From Squalus acanthias (Eukaryota): 64,000 nucleotides of DNA. The stretch covers positions 107,198,001-107,262,000 of the forward strand of contig CM059428.1 of NCBI GenBank assembly GCA_030390025.1, in the 5' to 3' direction. How positions within the stretch are numbered: the first letter of the stretch is position 1; every line of letters starts with the position of its first letter. The translations under genes were made by a program, and so were the position numbers. Shown here piece after piece: positions 63,990-64,000 of this stretch. The notes beneath the pieces are model-generated. The model made no database searches and was not told the DNA's origin. It saw only the letters and a program-made list of their open reading frames with translations.

Positions 63990-64000
63990 GGTATGATCAG

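Overview
Vertebrate genomic DNA, most likely from a cartilaginous fish (inferred from the DeuSINE/SacSINE-like, CR1, L2, Penelope and Harbinger repeats). The main feature is a complete minus-strand nuclear receptor gene, NR4A3 (NOR-1). It has six coding exons (43926-43081, 41182-41053, 40444-40284, 38637-38438, 36364-36186, 31341-31085; 590 aa, all introns GT-AG and phase-compatible), two probable non-coding 5' exons and a CpG-rich promoter with CRE, MEF2 and CCAAT motifs at about 50.9-51.5 kb. A probable non-coding first exon of the next gene (possibly STX17, by recalled synteny) lies near 13 kb. The rest is transposon debris plus two long minisatellites (25-bp and 34-bp units). Less obvious signals are three intact-looking minimal hammerhead ribozymes at Penelope termini and two decayed ones, a fossil two-gene PIF/Harbinger element, candidate convergent CTCF sites bracketing NR4A3, a duplicated core-promoter module and uORFs in the 5' leader. 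I see no evidence of a wholly new gene system. All comparisons to human sequences are from memory and need alignment.
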